Made by a program: the position numbers and the translations under genes
Notes under the pieces: model-generated
What the model saw: only the letters and a program-made list of their open reading frames with translations
Database searches by the model: none
What the model was told of the DNA's origin: nothing
In this document: piece by piece, positions 1 to 9,628 of the stretch
Layout of the letters: each line of letters opens with the position of its first letter
Position numbering within the stretch: position 1 is the first letter of the stretch
DNA from: Bdellovibrio sp.
GTDB lineage: Bacteria > Bdellovibrionota > UBA1018
Reading direction: 5' to 3'
Length of the DNA stretch: 64,000 nt
Assembly: GCA_016185105.1 (NCBI GenBank)
Contig: JACPOE010000012.1
Coordinates: 8,471 to 72,470, forward strand

Positions 1-1015
1 TCTCGATCGAATGGAAGTCATCGAGCTGCCCGGTTACACACTTGAAGAAAAAGAGGACATCGCAACTCGTTATGTGATTCCTAGGGAACTCGAAGCGAAT
101 GGACTTAGTACATCGATTTTAAAAATCGAAAAACCCGCGCTCAGAAAAATGATGACCGATTACGCGCGGGAACCGGGCCTACGCTCCTTGCAAAAGCTGC
201 TGAATCGAATTGCTAGAAAAGCTGCCGCAAAGATTGTCAGCGAAGGGAAGAGTCTCGAGAAAGCAAAGAATGGCAGACACGTTAAAGTTTCTCCCATCTT
301 CATTGGAGAAGAAGATTTAACAGAGTGGTTAGGACCTAAACGCTATTACAACGAAATCGCCGAAAGAATGACTTCTCCGGGCGTTGTCGTAGGACTCGCT
401 TGGACTGCTCTTGGCGGAGATATTCTTTTTATTGAGGCGGCAGATACTCTTGGTGGTGGACAACTGAAGCTCACTGGAAAAATGGGCGATGTCATGACTG
501 AGAGTGCCGCCATTGCTTGGACTTATGTGAAAAAGAAAGGCTCCTCAGAAGGGCTCTTGGATAGGAAATGGCTCAGATCTAAAGATATTCATCTCCATAT
601 TCCGGCAGGCGCAATCCCTAAAGATGGACCCTCTGCAGGAATTACAATGGCTACAGCGCTCTATTCGCTTCTCAGCGGCCGAAAAGCGCGACACAAAACT
701 GCAATGACTGGCGAACTCTCTTTAGTGGGCAAGGTTTTGCCCGTTGGGGGGATTAAGGAAAAAGTCCTGGCGGCTCGACGGGCAGGAATCAATACCTTGA
801 TTCTTCCAAAGCTAAATCAAAAAGACATCTCTGAGGTCCCAGATTACGCACTCAAGGGTTTAACCATTCATTATGTCAGCCATGTGGAAGAGGTTTTTGA
901 TCTTGCTCTTCAATCAAATACAGCAGCTGCCAAAGTAGCAAAAAAAGCGAAGTCTAGCTCAACCGCGAAAGTTTCGGTTTCGAAACAAAGAGCTTATTCT
1001 GAGCTGACAAATTAA
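1..1015 (+). CDS. lon: ATP-dependent Lon protease, C-terminal proteolytic domain (5'-partial; continues upstream of window)
   Basis: ORF 11..1015 is in frame from the window edge. The Ser-Lys dyad region PKDGPSAGITMATALYSLLSG...KVLPVGGIKEKVLAARRAGINTLILP is typical of LonA. Confidence 0.9.
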   Translation, partial: LDRMEVIELPGYTLEEKEDIATRYVIPRELEANGLSTSILKIEKPALRKMMTDYAREPGLRSLQKLLNRIARKAAAKIVSEGKSLEKAKNGRHVKVSPIFIGEEDLTEWLGPKRYYNEIAERMTSPGVVVGLAWTALGGDILFIEAADTLGGGQLKLTGKMGDVMTESAAIAWTYVKKKGSSEGLLDRKWLRSKDIHLHIPAGAIPKDGPSAGITMATALYSLLSGRKARHKTAMTGELSLVGKVLPVGGIKEKVLAARRAGINTLILPKLNQKDISEVPDYALKGLTIHYVSHVEEVFDLALQSNTAAAKVAKKAKSSSTAKVSVSKQRAYSELTN

Positions 1016-1188
1016 GAACCTGGCTTTGAGAGTTCTTTGACTTTCTTTTCAAGTCGAGTTGTTCGCTCGGAATAGATTTGGATCCACTTTGATACAGACA
1101 AAGAGGGTCCGTTTTTTTCTTTAATTAGATTAAAATAGTTGAGTCGCTTTTTACTCTGCTCTAATTCAAAGACGATAGTCTTTTGCAC
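1012..1188 (-). CDS. possible small basic protein (about 58 aa, GTG start); hypothetical
   Basis: GTG at 1188 is preceded by AGGGGAAG 5 nt upstream. The open frame runs to a TAA that overlaps the lon stop codon (convergent). Translation: VQKTIVFELEQSKKRLNYFNLIKEKNGPSLSVSKWIQIYSERTTRLEKKVKELSKPGS. It is not in the supplied ORF track (under 60 aa, non-ATG start). Confidence 0.25.
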   Translation of the reverse strand: MQKTIVFELEQSKKRLNYFNLIKEKNGPSLSVSKWIQIYSERTTRLEKKVKELSKPGS

Positions 1189-1223
1189 GAGTTCTTCCCC
1201 TATTCGGTTTTCCCCTAAAAAGC

Positions 1224-1463
1224 TTAGTTAGACATGGGGGGTAGATCTTCATCTAACCCCAAGAAACTGTCCGGTGTAGCTGCTTTTACTCTGCCGGCTG
1301 CCACTTCACGCAGGGCAGTCACAATGATACGATTTTTGCTTTTAACCAAAGGATCTGCGCCTTTATACAGCTGTCGAGCACGTTTGGTTGCCAAATGAAC
1401 AAGCTCATACATGTTTTCGACATTCTTCAAACAATCTTCAATGGTAACGCGAGCCATGATCAC
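1224..1463 (-). CDS. rpoZ: DNA-directed RNA polymerase subunit omega
   Basis: [30 protein letters not shown] matches the RpoZ N-terminus. The true start is probably the third codon (1457). Confidence 0.85.
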   Translation of the reverse strand: MIMARVTIEDCLKNVENMYELVHLATKRARQLYKGADPLVKSKNRIIVTALREVAAGRVKAATPDSFLGLDEDLPPMSN

Positions 1464-1520
1464 TCCTTGGACAGCACTTGATTACTATACTCTGCTAACT
1501 ATCGAATCTCAGAAAAAGAG

Positions 1521-3458
1521 TCAAGGGAAACGCACAGCGGAGTCGGCATACATACTATCCAGCTCGGCTTTAAACTTTTGACCCACGACCCGACGTTTGA
1601 TTTTCAACGAAGGGGTCAGCTCGCCCGTCTCGACTGAAAAATCCTGGGGTAATATGACAAACTTTTTAATGCTCTCATACGAGGCCAGATGTTTATTCAC
1701 ATCGTCAACAATCCTCTGCACTAAAGAGATGATTTTTGGATTTTTAATTAACTCTACATACTCACTAAACAAAATTTGGTTGTCTTGAGCATATTTAATA
1801 ACTCCGTCTTTATCCAACGTCACCAAGGCTGTCAGGTAATTCCGTCGATCGCCATGAACAACAAACTGGCTAACGTACTTTTGAGATTTGGCAATGTTTT
1901 CGATTTTCTGAGGTGCCACATTTTTTCCACCGCTGGTAACGATCAGATCCTTTTTGCGATCTGTGATCTTCAGAGAGCCCTTCGAGTCTAAAGTCCCAAT
2001 GTCCCCGGTAGAAAACCATCCATCTTTAAGAACCTCGCTGGTCTCCTTTTCCATTTTGTAATAACCGGCAAAGACCTTCCTAGATTTACAAAGGACCTCG
2101 CCATCATCGCCGAGCTTGATACTGACTTCAGGCAATGGCTTCCCTACTCTTCCGAATTGACATTCTCGCGGAGTATTCACGGTAATAGGTCCACAGGTCT
2201 CAGTCAAACCGTAGCCTTCCAGAATCGAGATCCCAATAATTTGAAAAAACTCACCAATTTCCTGAGGCAAGGGAGCCCCCCCGCAGATCGCATAGCCTAA
2301 TCTTCCACCAAACCGGGCAGCAACTTTATGGAAAACTAGCCGTTTGGCAGTCTCATATTCCAGGCGACTGAGCAGAGTGGGAGTTTGTCCTGCCCAGACT
2401 TGAGAATAATAATTTCTGCCAGCCTTCATTGCCCAATGGAAAAGAGTCTTTTTCAGCGGAGAGCCAGCATCAACTGTAGCCAGAACTCGAGCAAAAGCTT
2501 TTTCAAAAATACGAGGAACCGAGAACAAGATTGTCGGCCTGACCTCACCCATGTTCGCTACTATTTTGTCGATATTTTCGGCAAAAATCTGTTTACAACC
2601 CAGAGCGTAGATAATCATCGACTCGACTTTACCGATGACATGGGAAAACGGCAGAAACGAGAGAAAAATCTGTTGTTCGGGCTGTGAGTCTAACTGCTGA
2701 ACAATTAGCCCTGCGTCCTCTAAAACGCTAACCATATTGTCTTGAGTAACAATGACCCCTTTAGGGACCCCAGTAGTACCCGATGTGTAACAAATAGTGA
2801 GAGGGTCACTAGGTTTGCTTGCCGACAAATTCTCATCAAACCGAGTAGGATTTCTGGCCTCTTCTCTTTTTCCCAGCTCATCGAGCGCCTGAAATGTCAA
2901 AACCATCTTGCCCAGGTCGCCAAAGTTTGCAGAGGCAAGCACAGCTGATGGCTCGAAAACCACAATTTTCTCCAGAGAGGGCATGCACTTTGGATTCGCC
3001 TGTCGGAGCTGTAAAAATTTCTGAACCTGTTTAGAATCCTCTGCAAAAATTACTCGAATCTCTGCGTGCTCGACAATGTATGCACTGTCTTCGGCCGTGC
3101 TGGATGCGTAGATTGGAACAGTGACCGCCCCCGCCCCTAGTATCGCCATATCAGATAGGGACCACTCAATTCGGGTATTGGAAATAATTCCAGCCCGATC
3201 GCCCGGTTTTAAACCGAGCCCCATCAGCCCGAATGAAACTAATCTACACTTTAAATAGAATTCACGGTAACTCCACTCCGTCCAGGCTCCAACTGACCCG
3301 AGCTCGGGATAAGTTGCCTTAAACTGGAATCCGATTTTTGAAGGAGTTGTTTTTACACGCTCTAGAAAGATTTTTGAAACTGTGTCTCGAATTATCGTCG
3401 TGGCTGCCAAGCTGGTATGAACGGTTTGCTCCGAAGATGTCTTTTCTGTGGATGTCAT
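1521..3458 (-). CDS. long-chain fatty-acid--CoA ligase (AMP-dependent synthetase/ligase family)
   Basis: The AMP-binding motif TSGTTGVPKGV and GYGLTETCG are present, and the 645-aa length fits the family. Confidence 0.8.
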   Translation of the reverse strand: MTSTEKTSSEQTVHTSLAATTIIRDTVSKIFLERVKTTPSKIGFQFKATYPELGSVGAWTEWSYREFYLKCRLVSFGLMGLGLKPGDRAGIISNTRIEWSLSDMAILGAGAVTVPIYASSTAEDSAYIVEHAEIRVIFAEDSKQVQKFLQLRQANPKCMPSLEKIVVFEPSAVLASANFGDLGKMVLTFQALDELGKREEARNPTRFDENLSASKPSDPLTICYTSGTTGVPKGVIVTQDNMVSVLEDAGLIVQQLDSQPEQQIFLSFLPFSHVIGKVESMIIYALGCKQIFAENIDKIVANMGEVRPTILFSVPRIFEKAFARVLATVDAGSPLKKTLFHWAMKAGRNYYSQVWAGQTPTLLSRLEYETAKRLVFHKVAARFGGRLGYAICGGAPLPQEIGEFFQIIGISILEGYGLTETCGPITVNTPRECQFGRVGKPLPEVSIKLGDDGEVLCKSRKVFAGYYKMEKETSEVLKDGWFSTGDIGTLDSKGSLKITDRKKDLIVTSGGKNVAPQKIENIAKSQKYVSQFVVHGDRRNYLTALVTLDKDGVIKYAQDNQILFSEYVELIKNPKIISLVQRIVDDVNKHLASYESIKKFVILPQDFSVETGELTPSLKIKRRVVGQKFKAELDSMYADSAVRFP

Positions 3459-3499
3459 AACTCGATTAAACCTCTAATTTTTAAAAAAACAAATGAGTT

Positions 3500-3979
3500 T
3501 TACCTTTTTCGGGCTTGCTCCATTTCACGGTCCGCAGACTTCTTCTTCAAAGTCTCTCTTTTGTCAAATTTCTTCTTCCCCTTACCAACGCCGACTTCGA
3601 CCTTAACGCGACCCTTTTTGAAATACATTTTTGTGGGGACAAGAGTCATGCCTTTTTGAGTCACAGCAACATACAACCTCGACAGCTGGTGCGTATGGAG
3701 GAGTAGCTTCCGTTTCCTTAGAGACTCATGATTCCAAATATTCCCATGGGTGTAGGGGCCAATATGGGCATTCAATAGATAGGCTTCAAATTTTCCCGAT
3801 CGAGAACGAACCTCAATCCAAGCATCCTTTAGATTGGGACTTTGCGCCCGAATACTCTTCACCTCAGTCCCTTGAAGCATAATTCCAGCTTCAAGCACCT
3901 CTTGAATAAAATAGTTCGAATGAGCTGAAGGGTTGGTAGAGATCACCTTTTCGCCGCCCGAAGGACTTTCCTTGCTCAT
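3500..3979 (-). CDS. smpB: SsrA-binding protein SmpB
   Basis: FIQEVLEAGIMLQGTEVKSIR...HIGPY...KRKLLLHTHQLSRL plus a basic C-terminal tail. The start is taken at MSKESPS (M18 of the listed ORF). Confidence 0.85.
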   Translation of the reverse strand: MSKESPSGGEKVISTNPSAHSNYFIQEVLEAGIMLQGTEVKSIRAQSPNLKDAWIEVRSRSGKFEAYLLNAHIGPYTHGNIWNHESLRKRKLLLHTHQLSRLYVAVTQKGMTLVPTKMYFKKGRVKVEVGVGKGKKKFDKRETLKKKSADREMEQARKR

Positions 3980-3980
3980 T

Positions 3981-4637
3981 TTAATGACTCCTAGTGGCCA
4001 TATCCCCAGCTGAACCTGCGGGCTGGGCAATCCCTAGCGATAGGATGACTTTAAAAGCCTCTTCGACTCTCATGTTTGCATCTCTAACTTCACTCTCGGG
4101 CACCAATAGATAAAACCCGGAAGTAGGGTTAGGGGTGGTAGGGACATAAATATTGAGATGTCTCTCGCCCAATGGACTTGAATTGGCTGAGCCAGTTACA
4201 AAAGCTAAAGTCCACATCCCTTTTCTGGGATATTCAACATAGACCACCCGACTAAACTGCTGTCCCCCACCGGCGGCTAACGCCCTCAACAGCTGATCTA
4301 AGGAGGAATAGACACTTCTGATAACGGGAATTCTTTGGATAATTTCCCCTACCCACTCCAGTATTTTTCCGCCAAGGTACTGCTTGGATGCCCACCCTAA
4401 GAGTGAGACCGTAATGAGTGCTACAACGCAAAGCCCCAGCGTTGCTAAAACCCGAATTCCATACGAAACGGGGCCATTACCAAAAAAATTCTCAGGCTGT
4501 AGAGACTCTGGGAAAATCAGCTGAAGGAGGACAAGACTCTGCCAAAGAGTCATAAGGATCCACGCGATAACACCGAGTGGAATCACAACCAACATTCCCG
4601 CAAAAAAATGATCTTTTACAAAATGGATTTTTTTCAT
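3981..4637 (-). CDS. DUF502 family membrane protein
   Basis: N-terminal FFAGMLVVIPLGVIAWIL and two transmembrane segments are typical of the DUF502 architecture. Confidence 0.55.
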   Translation of the reverse strand: MKKIHFVKDHFFAGMLVVIPLGVIAWILMTLWQSLVLLQLIFPESLQPENFFGNGPVSYGIRVLATLGLCVVALITVSLLGWASKQYLGGKILEWVGEIIQRIPVIRSVYSSLDQLLRALAAGGGQQFSRVVYVEYPRKGMWTLAFVTGSANSSPLGERHLNIYVPTTPNPTSGFYLLVPESEVRDANMRVEEAFKVILSLGIAQPAGSAGDMATRSH

Positions 4638-6023
4638 TTAGAACGCCACTGACAGGGATACCCCACCTCCGAGCAGATTTCCACCTACGTCATAACCGGG
4701 AGATCCAATCTTTTGATCTGTACTCACTCCAGCCTCGTTTCCGGCTGTTTTGGTCACTCGAAAGGCCGTCAAAAGCTGATATGTGAAGTTAAAATCAATA
4801 TTGAGAGGGTTTTCTAGGGTAAGAAAATGAGGAACTTTCAGACCCAGTCCAATGTTTGCTGCATGTGTAGCCGGGTCCAGATAGTTCCCAGCGCCATTTG
4901 GCACCCCCTCAATCATACTGGGGCGATAGTAATATCCTAATCGCAGAACGGTCGTGTCGGAAAAAGAAATCTCGACCCCGCCCCGAGGCACGACAATGTT
5001 GACATAGTTAAAGGCAGGAACAGAGCCTGAAGCAATCGAAAACGAGCCAGTTCCCACTGGCGTGGTCTGAGGTTGCGAAATCAGCATTGCAGGAGCTCTA
5101 AACTGGTTCCAAATCTGCCAATCCACTTGGCCCACCACCTTCAGCCAAGAAGTAGGGGTAACGGTTCCTCCAATTTCCAAGGCCATCGGATCGTAAAACA
5201 GGGCCGAAACAGCCATAAAATTAAAATCAACCCCAGGAAGAGGTCCAAAGACACGAGCCGAGGAGCTCAAGGAAAAATTATTATCTGATGCCACCGGAGT
5301 TCTAAAAACAGTCGCTAAGCTGAATGGCTTTTCTGGAGGAGCGTAATAGACTCCAAAAAAAGGCGCGAGTTTAGGTAACATACTGGCAGTGAATCGCATT
5401 GAAGACGCAGTATTTGCCTGGGTATTTAAGAAAACGGTTCCATTTCCAGTCAGAGTAAAAGCAGCATGCACACCGGCTCCCAGGTAAAGTCCTTTGCCAA
5501 GAGCGGCGCCGGCTCCGAACTCAACTTGAGGACGCTGTGTCCGCGCTCGGTATTGAAAATACTCAGGTACGTAAGCTTCCCCCGAATCCATATAAGCTAG
5601 CTGGTTAAAAGGGAGGAAGCTAATCAGGCCAATTGTAAAATTTCCGACCTCAGGGAAAAGACGATACGTAAATCCGAGTTCTTGTCCCACAGTTGGTTTG
5701 TAGGTCATGTCCACATTGCCAGTAGCTAGCCCGTCGGCAATGAATGTATTTTGTGTCACTACACTATTGATCGGAGTAAAAGTGGGCTGAACATAGACAA
5801 ATCCCCAGCTCGCTCTAAAACGAGGCCCCTCGTCAGCCGCGGCGGCAAGCGCAGCCGGATTATGATAGGCAACAGAGGGGCTCGAGCCAAGACTCCCACC
5901 TGCCCCTCCCAATGACATGGACCGAGAGCCGAATCCAAAGATGTCTCCGACATTGGCCAGTGCTAAATTGCTCAGGAAAATAAAAAAGAAGGTGAAAACC
6001 AGAAAAGAAGATCTGAACTGCAT
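4638..6023 (-). CDS. outer-membrane beta-barrel protein, FadL/TodX-like hydrophobic-compound transporter (putative)
   Basis: Signal peptide, Gly/aromatic-rich beta-strand pattern and C-terminal ...LSVAF ending in Phe. It lies in the same co-directional gene array as the acyl-CoA ligase, not adjacent to it. Confidence 0.5.
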   Translation of the reverse strand: MQFRSSFLVFTFFFIFLSNLALANVGDIFGFGSRSMSLGGAGGSLGSSPSVAYHNPAALAAAADEGPRFRASWGFVYVQPTFTPINSVVTQNTFIADGLATGNVDMTYKPTVGQELGFTYRLFPEVGNFTIGLISFLPFNQLAYMDSGEAYVPEYFQYRARTQRPQVEFGAGAALGKGLYLGAGVHAAFTLTGNGTVFLNTQANTASSMRFTASMLPKLAPFFGVYYAPPEKPFSLATVFRTPVASDNNFSLSSSARVFGPLPGVDFNFMAVSALFYDPMALEIGGTVTPTSWLKVVGQVDWQIWNQFRAPAMLISQPQTTPVGTGSFSIASGSVPAFNYVNIVVPRGGVEISFSDTTVLRLGYYYRPSMIEGVPNGAGNYLDPATHAANIGLGLKVPHFLTLENPLNIDFNFTYQLLTAFRVTKTAGNEAGVSTDQKIGSPGYDVGGNLLGGGVSLSVAF

Positions 6024-6057
6024 AATACCCCTCGAGCGCGTTCCTGGATCTGGGGTA

Positions 6058-6882
6058 TTAAGACTGTTTTATCACTGCCTTTACCGCCTGGAAAAGCTGA
6101 CTCCATTCAGTCCAGTCCAACGCTTCTGCCCGCTTCTTACCATCAACCCCGGATAGCGCCAAGGCGTTTTGCCAGGGGAAAGAGGATCGCAACATCTTTC
6201 GCCTATGGGCAAAAGCCGCTTTTAATACCTTTTCCCACAGGACTTCCTCGTCTATTTGTTTCCCTTCAACCTCAAACTCTGCATCACCGATTTCTATTCT
6301 ACTTTCAGATCGTCGATGCAATACGATCACCTCGGAAAGCACTTTTGGCGGAGGAGAAAAAGCCGACGGTTTTACCGTGATCAACTTTCGAACATCCCAG
6401 CGGTTTTGAATCCAAAGCGAAAGGCTCCCTCGATCAGGGGTAGATGGCTCAGCCCGAACCCGACGGGCTACCTCAGCTTGGAACATAAGAACCATGACCG
6501 GAATTCCTTGGAATCGTCGGGCCAGCTGAATAAGAATCTGTGTACCAGAGGAGTAAGGAAGATTTGAAACCACTGCTACAGGCGGCTTTTTCAGCCATTT
6601 TTCATCAGACAGCTCCAAAAAATCACTCGAGAAGACTTCAGAAGCTGCATTCGCGCGCCAGTGTTCGGCCAGGGCTCGATCTTTTTCGACGAGGATCAGT
6701 GGCGATCCATCGAGCATGTGAATTAAAGGCTCGGTAATTGCTCCTCTACCAGGTCCAATCTCCAAAAAAGATCCGCAGTGTGCTTTTTTTCCTTCTTCGA
6801 CTGCAGCACGAGCAATGGCCTCAGCAATCGAACGATCTTTTAGAAAGTGCTGGCCATAAGCACGTCGCCTACCTTCAGTCAT
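6058..6882 (-). CDS. rsmA: 16S rRNA (adenine1518/1519-N6)-dimethyltransferase
   Basis: YGQHFLKD...LEIGPGRGAIT...VVSNLPY are KsgA/RsmA motifs. Confidence 0.85.
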   Translation of the reverse strand: MTEGRRRAYGQHFLKDRSIAEAIARAAVEEGKKAHCGSFLEIGPGRGAITEPLIHMLDGSPLILVEKDRALAEHWRANAASEVFSSDFLELSDEKWLKKPPVAVVSNLPYSSGTQILIQLARRFQGIPVMVLMFQAEVARRVRAEPSTPDRGSLSLWIQNRWDVRKLITVKPSAFSPPPKVLSEVIVLHRRSESRIEIGDAEFEVEGKQIDEEVLWEKVLKAAFAHRRKMLRSSFPWQNALALSGVDGKKRAEALDWTEWSQLFQAVKAVIKQS

Positions 6883-7977
6883 TTACACCTCCGCACTAGC
6901 CAACGCATTTAAAGAAAGCATTTTCAAAGGCTCCAAGAAATTTCCTTGTCTGAATCGAAACGCTCCTGCTGCCGCGATCATCGCTGCATTATCAGTACAA
7001 TATTCCATTTGAGGAAAGACTGGGGGCCTCGCTAGCCCTTGTCTTTGCCATTCGGAAGCCAATCGAAAGCGAAGTCTGCTATTAGCAGCGACACCACCGA
7101 CAATGACCAAAGAGCGGCACTCATATTTCTGTACTGCTAAATATATCTTATTGAGAAGAGCGTCTACAATCGCTTCCTGAATGGAAGCGCAAAGATCGGG
7201 GATTTTTTCTTTTAGTTGGCCGGAGGATTTCAGCTCATCAACCTTCAGCGAAACCGCTGTTTTTAAACCACTGAAAGAAAAATCTAGAATCGATTTCTGC
7301 CCAAGCGCTCTCGGGAAATGGAAGGCATCCACTTTTCCTCCCTTGGAACTTTTGTCGATCCAAATCCCCCCGGGATACGGAAATCCAAGTTTTTTAGCCG
7401 TTTTATCGAAAGCTTCCCCCGCAGCATCATCTCTGGAACGACCCACAAGTGAGGATTTTAGAAAATCAGGCGTCCAAAACTGAGGCGATTTTTCAACCCG
7501 ATAGAGGTTGGTATGCCCGCCTGAAACAATAGCCAGCAATAACGGATACTCTAAATTTTCGGCTTCAGAGGAGCCCTCCGGCTGGGAGTCTGACTGATCG
7601 GTAAGAAAAACACTAACCGCATGACCTTCCAAGTGGTGGACGGGGACCAGGGGCTTGTTACAGGCGTATGCTAAGGCCTTCCCCGCACTCAACCCCACCA
7701 ACAGTGCTCCAACCAAACCAGGCCGATTGGTGACAGCGATACATTCAAGCTGCTTAGGCTTTACCTTGGCATCATCCAAAGCAGTCTGAATCATAAGATT
7801 AATTGTTTCGAGATGATTCCGCGAAGCCACCTCCGGAACCACCCCACCAAAGGGCTTATGAATTTCAGTTTGCGAAAACGTAGCTAGACTCAATACGCGG
7901 ACTCTGTCCTGACCCGGAATATGGGTCACCACCGATGCGCTACACTCGTCACAGGAAGTTTCAATTCCTAGAATCAT
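6883..7977 (-). CDS. tsaD: tRNA N6-adenosine threonylcarbamoyltransferase
   Basis: MILGIETSCDECSASVV and the conserved HLEGH and SGGVAANS blocks identify the Kae1/TsaD family. Confidence 0.9.
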   Translation of the reverse strand: MILGIETSCDECSASVVTHIPGQDRVRVLSLATFSQTEIHKPFGGVVPEVASRNHLETINLMIQTALDDAKVKPKQLECIAVTNRPGLVGALLVGLSAGKALAYACNKPLVPVHHLEGHAVSVFLTDQSDSQPEGSSEAENLEYPLLLAIVSGGHTNLYRVEKSPQFWTPDFLKSSLVGRSRDDAAGEAFDKTAKKLGFPYPGGIWIDKSSKGGKVDAFHFPRALGQKSILDFSFSGLKTAVSLKVDELKSSGQLKEKIPDLCASIQEAIVDALLNKIYLAVQKYECRSLVIVGGVAANSRLRFRLASEWQRQGLARPPVFPQMEYCTDNAAMIAAAGAFRFRQGNFLEPLKMLSLNALASAEV

Positions 7978-8038
7978 ATCAATGCCACCACCTCTATCAT
8001 AGAACGACCTGCGTTACCTAGAATGAGGAAAATCTGGG

Positions 8039-9628
8039 TTAGTCTGATTCCGGATTGATATCACCTGCGGGACAAGTGATCATCTTTCTTTTTTCGGCGA
8101 TAAGTTCCAAATTGGGTTCGCCGCTGGGCTTGTACCAATTCGGCGCACGATCGAACGTGTGGCACTGAAGACAGGTCTCCTGCGCTACTGATTTAGTATA
8201 CCTACCCGAGAAAGGGTGCCCCCTACCTGCACGATGACAATTTTCGCACTGAACGGGAGCCCATGCATAAGTCATCATGGCTAACGAATCGCGTAGAGGA
8301 ACCTTCTCAGAGTCCTTTTCATGGAGCTTTATTTTCGACTTGAGAGAGCTGGCGCCCTTAAATTCCCGTAAGACAAAGGCTAATTGCTCGCCATCCAAGG
8401 TTTGCACCCTGGGACCAGAATCCTCTTCTTTTGCAGCCTGTGAAACCAAACTCAACTGATTCACGTCAGAATACCCGTCTTTATGACCGATCCCAACAGA
8501 ATGACACTGGAGGCATTCCTTATTCTTGACTTGTTTCTTCTCGAGCAAGGGCTCAAGAGCCTGAGAGTGGCGAGTCTTTCTCCAAAAATCGAATTGAACT
8601 AGGTGACATTGGGCACACTTCGGAAAAGTATGAAAATGGGTAATCTTTTCACCGGATGCCGCCGCCTTTTTCTCCTGCTCATCTAAGAGTGACAATTCTC
8701 TTTCAGAATTGATTTTGGCGATGGCTCCTTTGAAATCCAGGATCAGCTGGTCCATTTCAGACGGCGATCCCTGTGGTGAGTCATACCCGGCGTCCAATCC
8801 CTCGAGATTATATTTTTTAATATCGATTGGTTTCTTTAGAGAGAACACTCCGACATATTGATTTCGGAATGAAGACTCCACCAGAATAGTTTTTTCAAGT
8901 CTGTGGGGATCTTGCATGAAAGTCTGAGAATGAGCCGCGACAACGATGTCAATCCCCGGAGCTGCCTTAACCATTTTCTCATCCTTGGGAATGCCCTGAT
9001 GAGTGACAGCAATGAGGTAGTCTACTTTGGAACGTAAGAAGGCCACTTCTTTTTTTGCAGCATTGATAGAGGAGTCCGCTTTTAATTCAGCTGGCCATTT
9101 CAACCCCTCATCTACAATACCGAAAATCCCCACCTTGACAGTTTTGCCGCCTTCTTCTTTCCCCTCTAAAATAACGTGACCGGGTAAAAAGGGGTTTCCG
9201 TTCTTGAGAGTCAAGTTTGACGCCAAATATTTAAATTTCGCTTTCTTTCTCAATCGCTCAAAAACTTTGAAGCCCAATGCAAAATCCTTTTCGCCCGGAA
9301 CCGCTACATCCTGGCGAGTAAGATTCATAGCTTGGATCACATATGCTGCTTGAACTTCAGATTGAGCTTTCAGAAGCTCAGGAACAATTTGGGTAGGAAA
9401 AAGTGTGTCCCCAGAGTCGACTTGTATCACGAAGGGATCTTTCAGCCTTTTTACTAGGTTATACTTTCGTGCCATTCCCCCTTGGGGGTTCGAACGACAA
9501 CCACAGGGCTCTAGTTCTCCAAGCAAGTCGTTAGAATGAACCAGCGTTACTGCAAACCCGGTTGGGCAAGCGAACGCCAGCGTTAGAATTCCTAAGACCC
9601 AAACCCCCGTCCCCCTGAGTATTTTCAC
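8039..9628 (-). CDS. secreted fusion protein: metallophosphatase/5'-nucleotidase-like N-domain plus tetraheme c-type cytochrome C-domain
   Basis: Signal peptide. LVHSNDLLGEL...GDTLF is metallophosphoesterase-like. Four CxxCH haem-binding motifs are present (CAQCH, CLQCH, CENCH, CLQCH). Confidence 0.6.
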   Translation of the reverse strand: MKILRGTGVWVLGILTLAFACPTGFAVTLVHSNDLLGELEPCGCRSNPQGGMARKYNLVKRLKDPFVIQVDSGDTLFPTQIVPELLKAQSEVQAAYVIQAMNLTRQDVAVPGEKDFALGFKVFERLRKKAKFKYLASNLTLKNGNPFLPGHVILEGKEEGGKTVKVGIFGIVDEGLKWPAELKADSSINAAKKEVAFLRSKVDYLIAVTHQGIPKDEKMVKAAPGIDIVVAAHSQTFMQDPHRLEKTILVESSFRNQYVGVFSLKKPIDIKKYNLEGLDAGYDSPQGSPSEMDQLILDFKGAIAKINSERELSLLDEQEKKAAASGEKITHFHTFPKCAQCHLVQFDFWRKTRHSQALEPLLEKKQVKNKECLQCHSVGIGHKDGYSDVNQLSLVSQAAKEEDSGPRVQTLDGEQLAFVLREFKGASSLKSKIKLHEKDSEKVPLRDSLAMMTYAWAPVQCENCHRAGRGHPFSGRYTKSVAQETCLQCHTFDRAPNWYKPSGEPNLELIAEKRKMITCPAGDINPESD

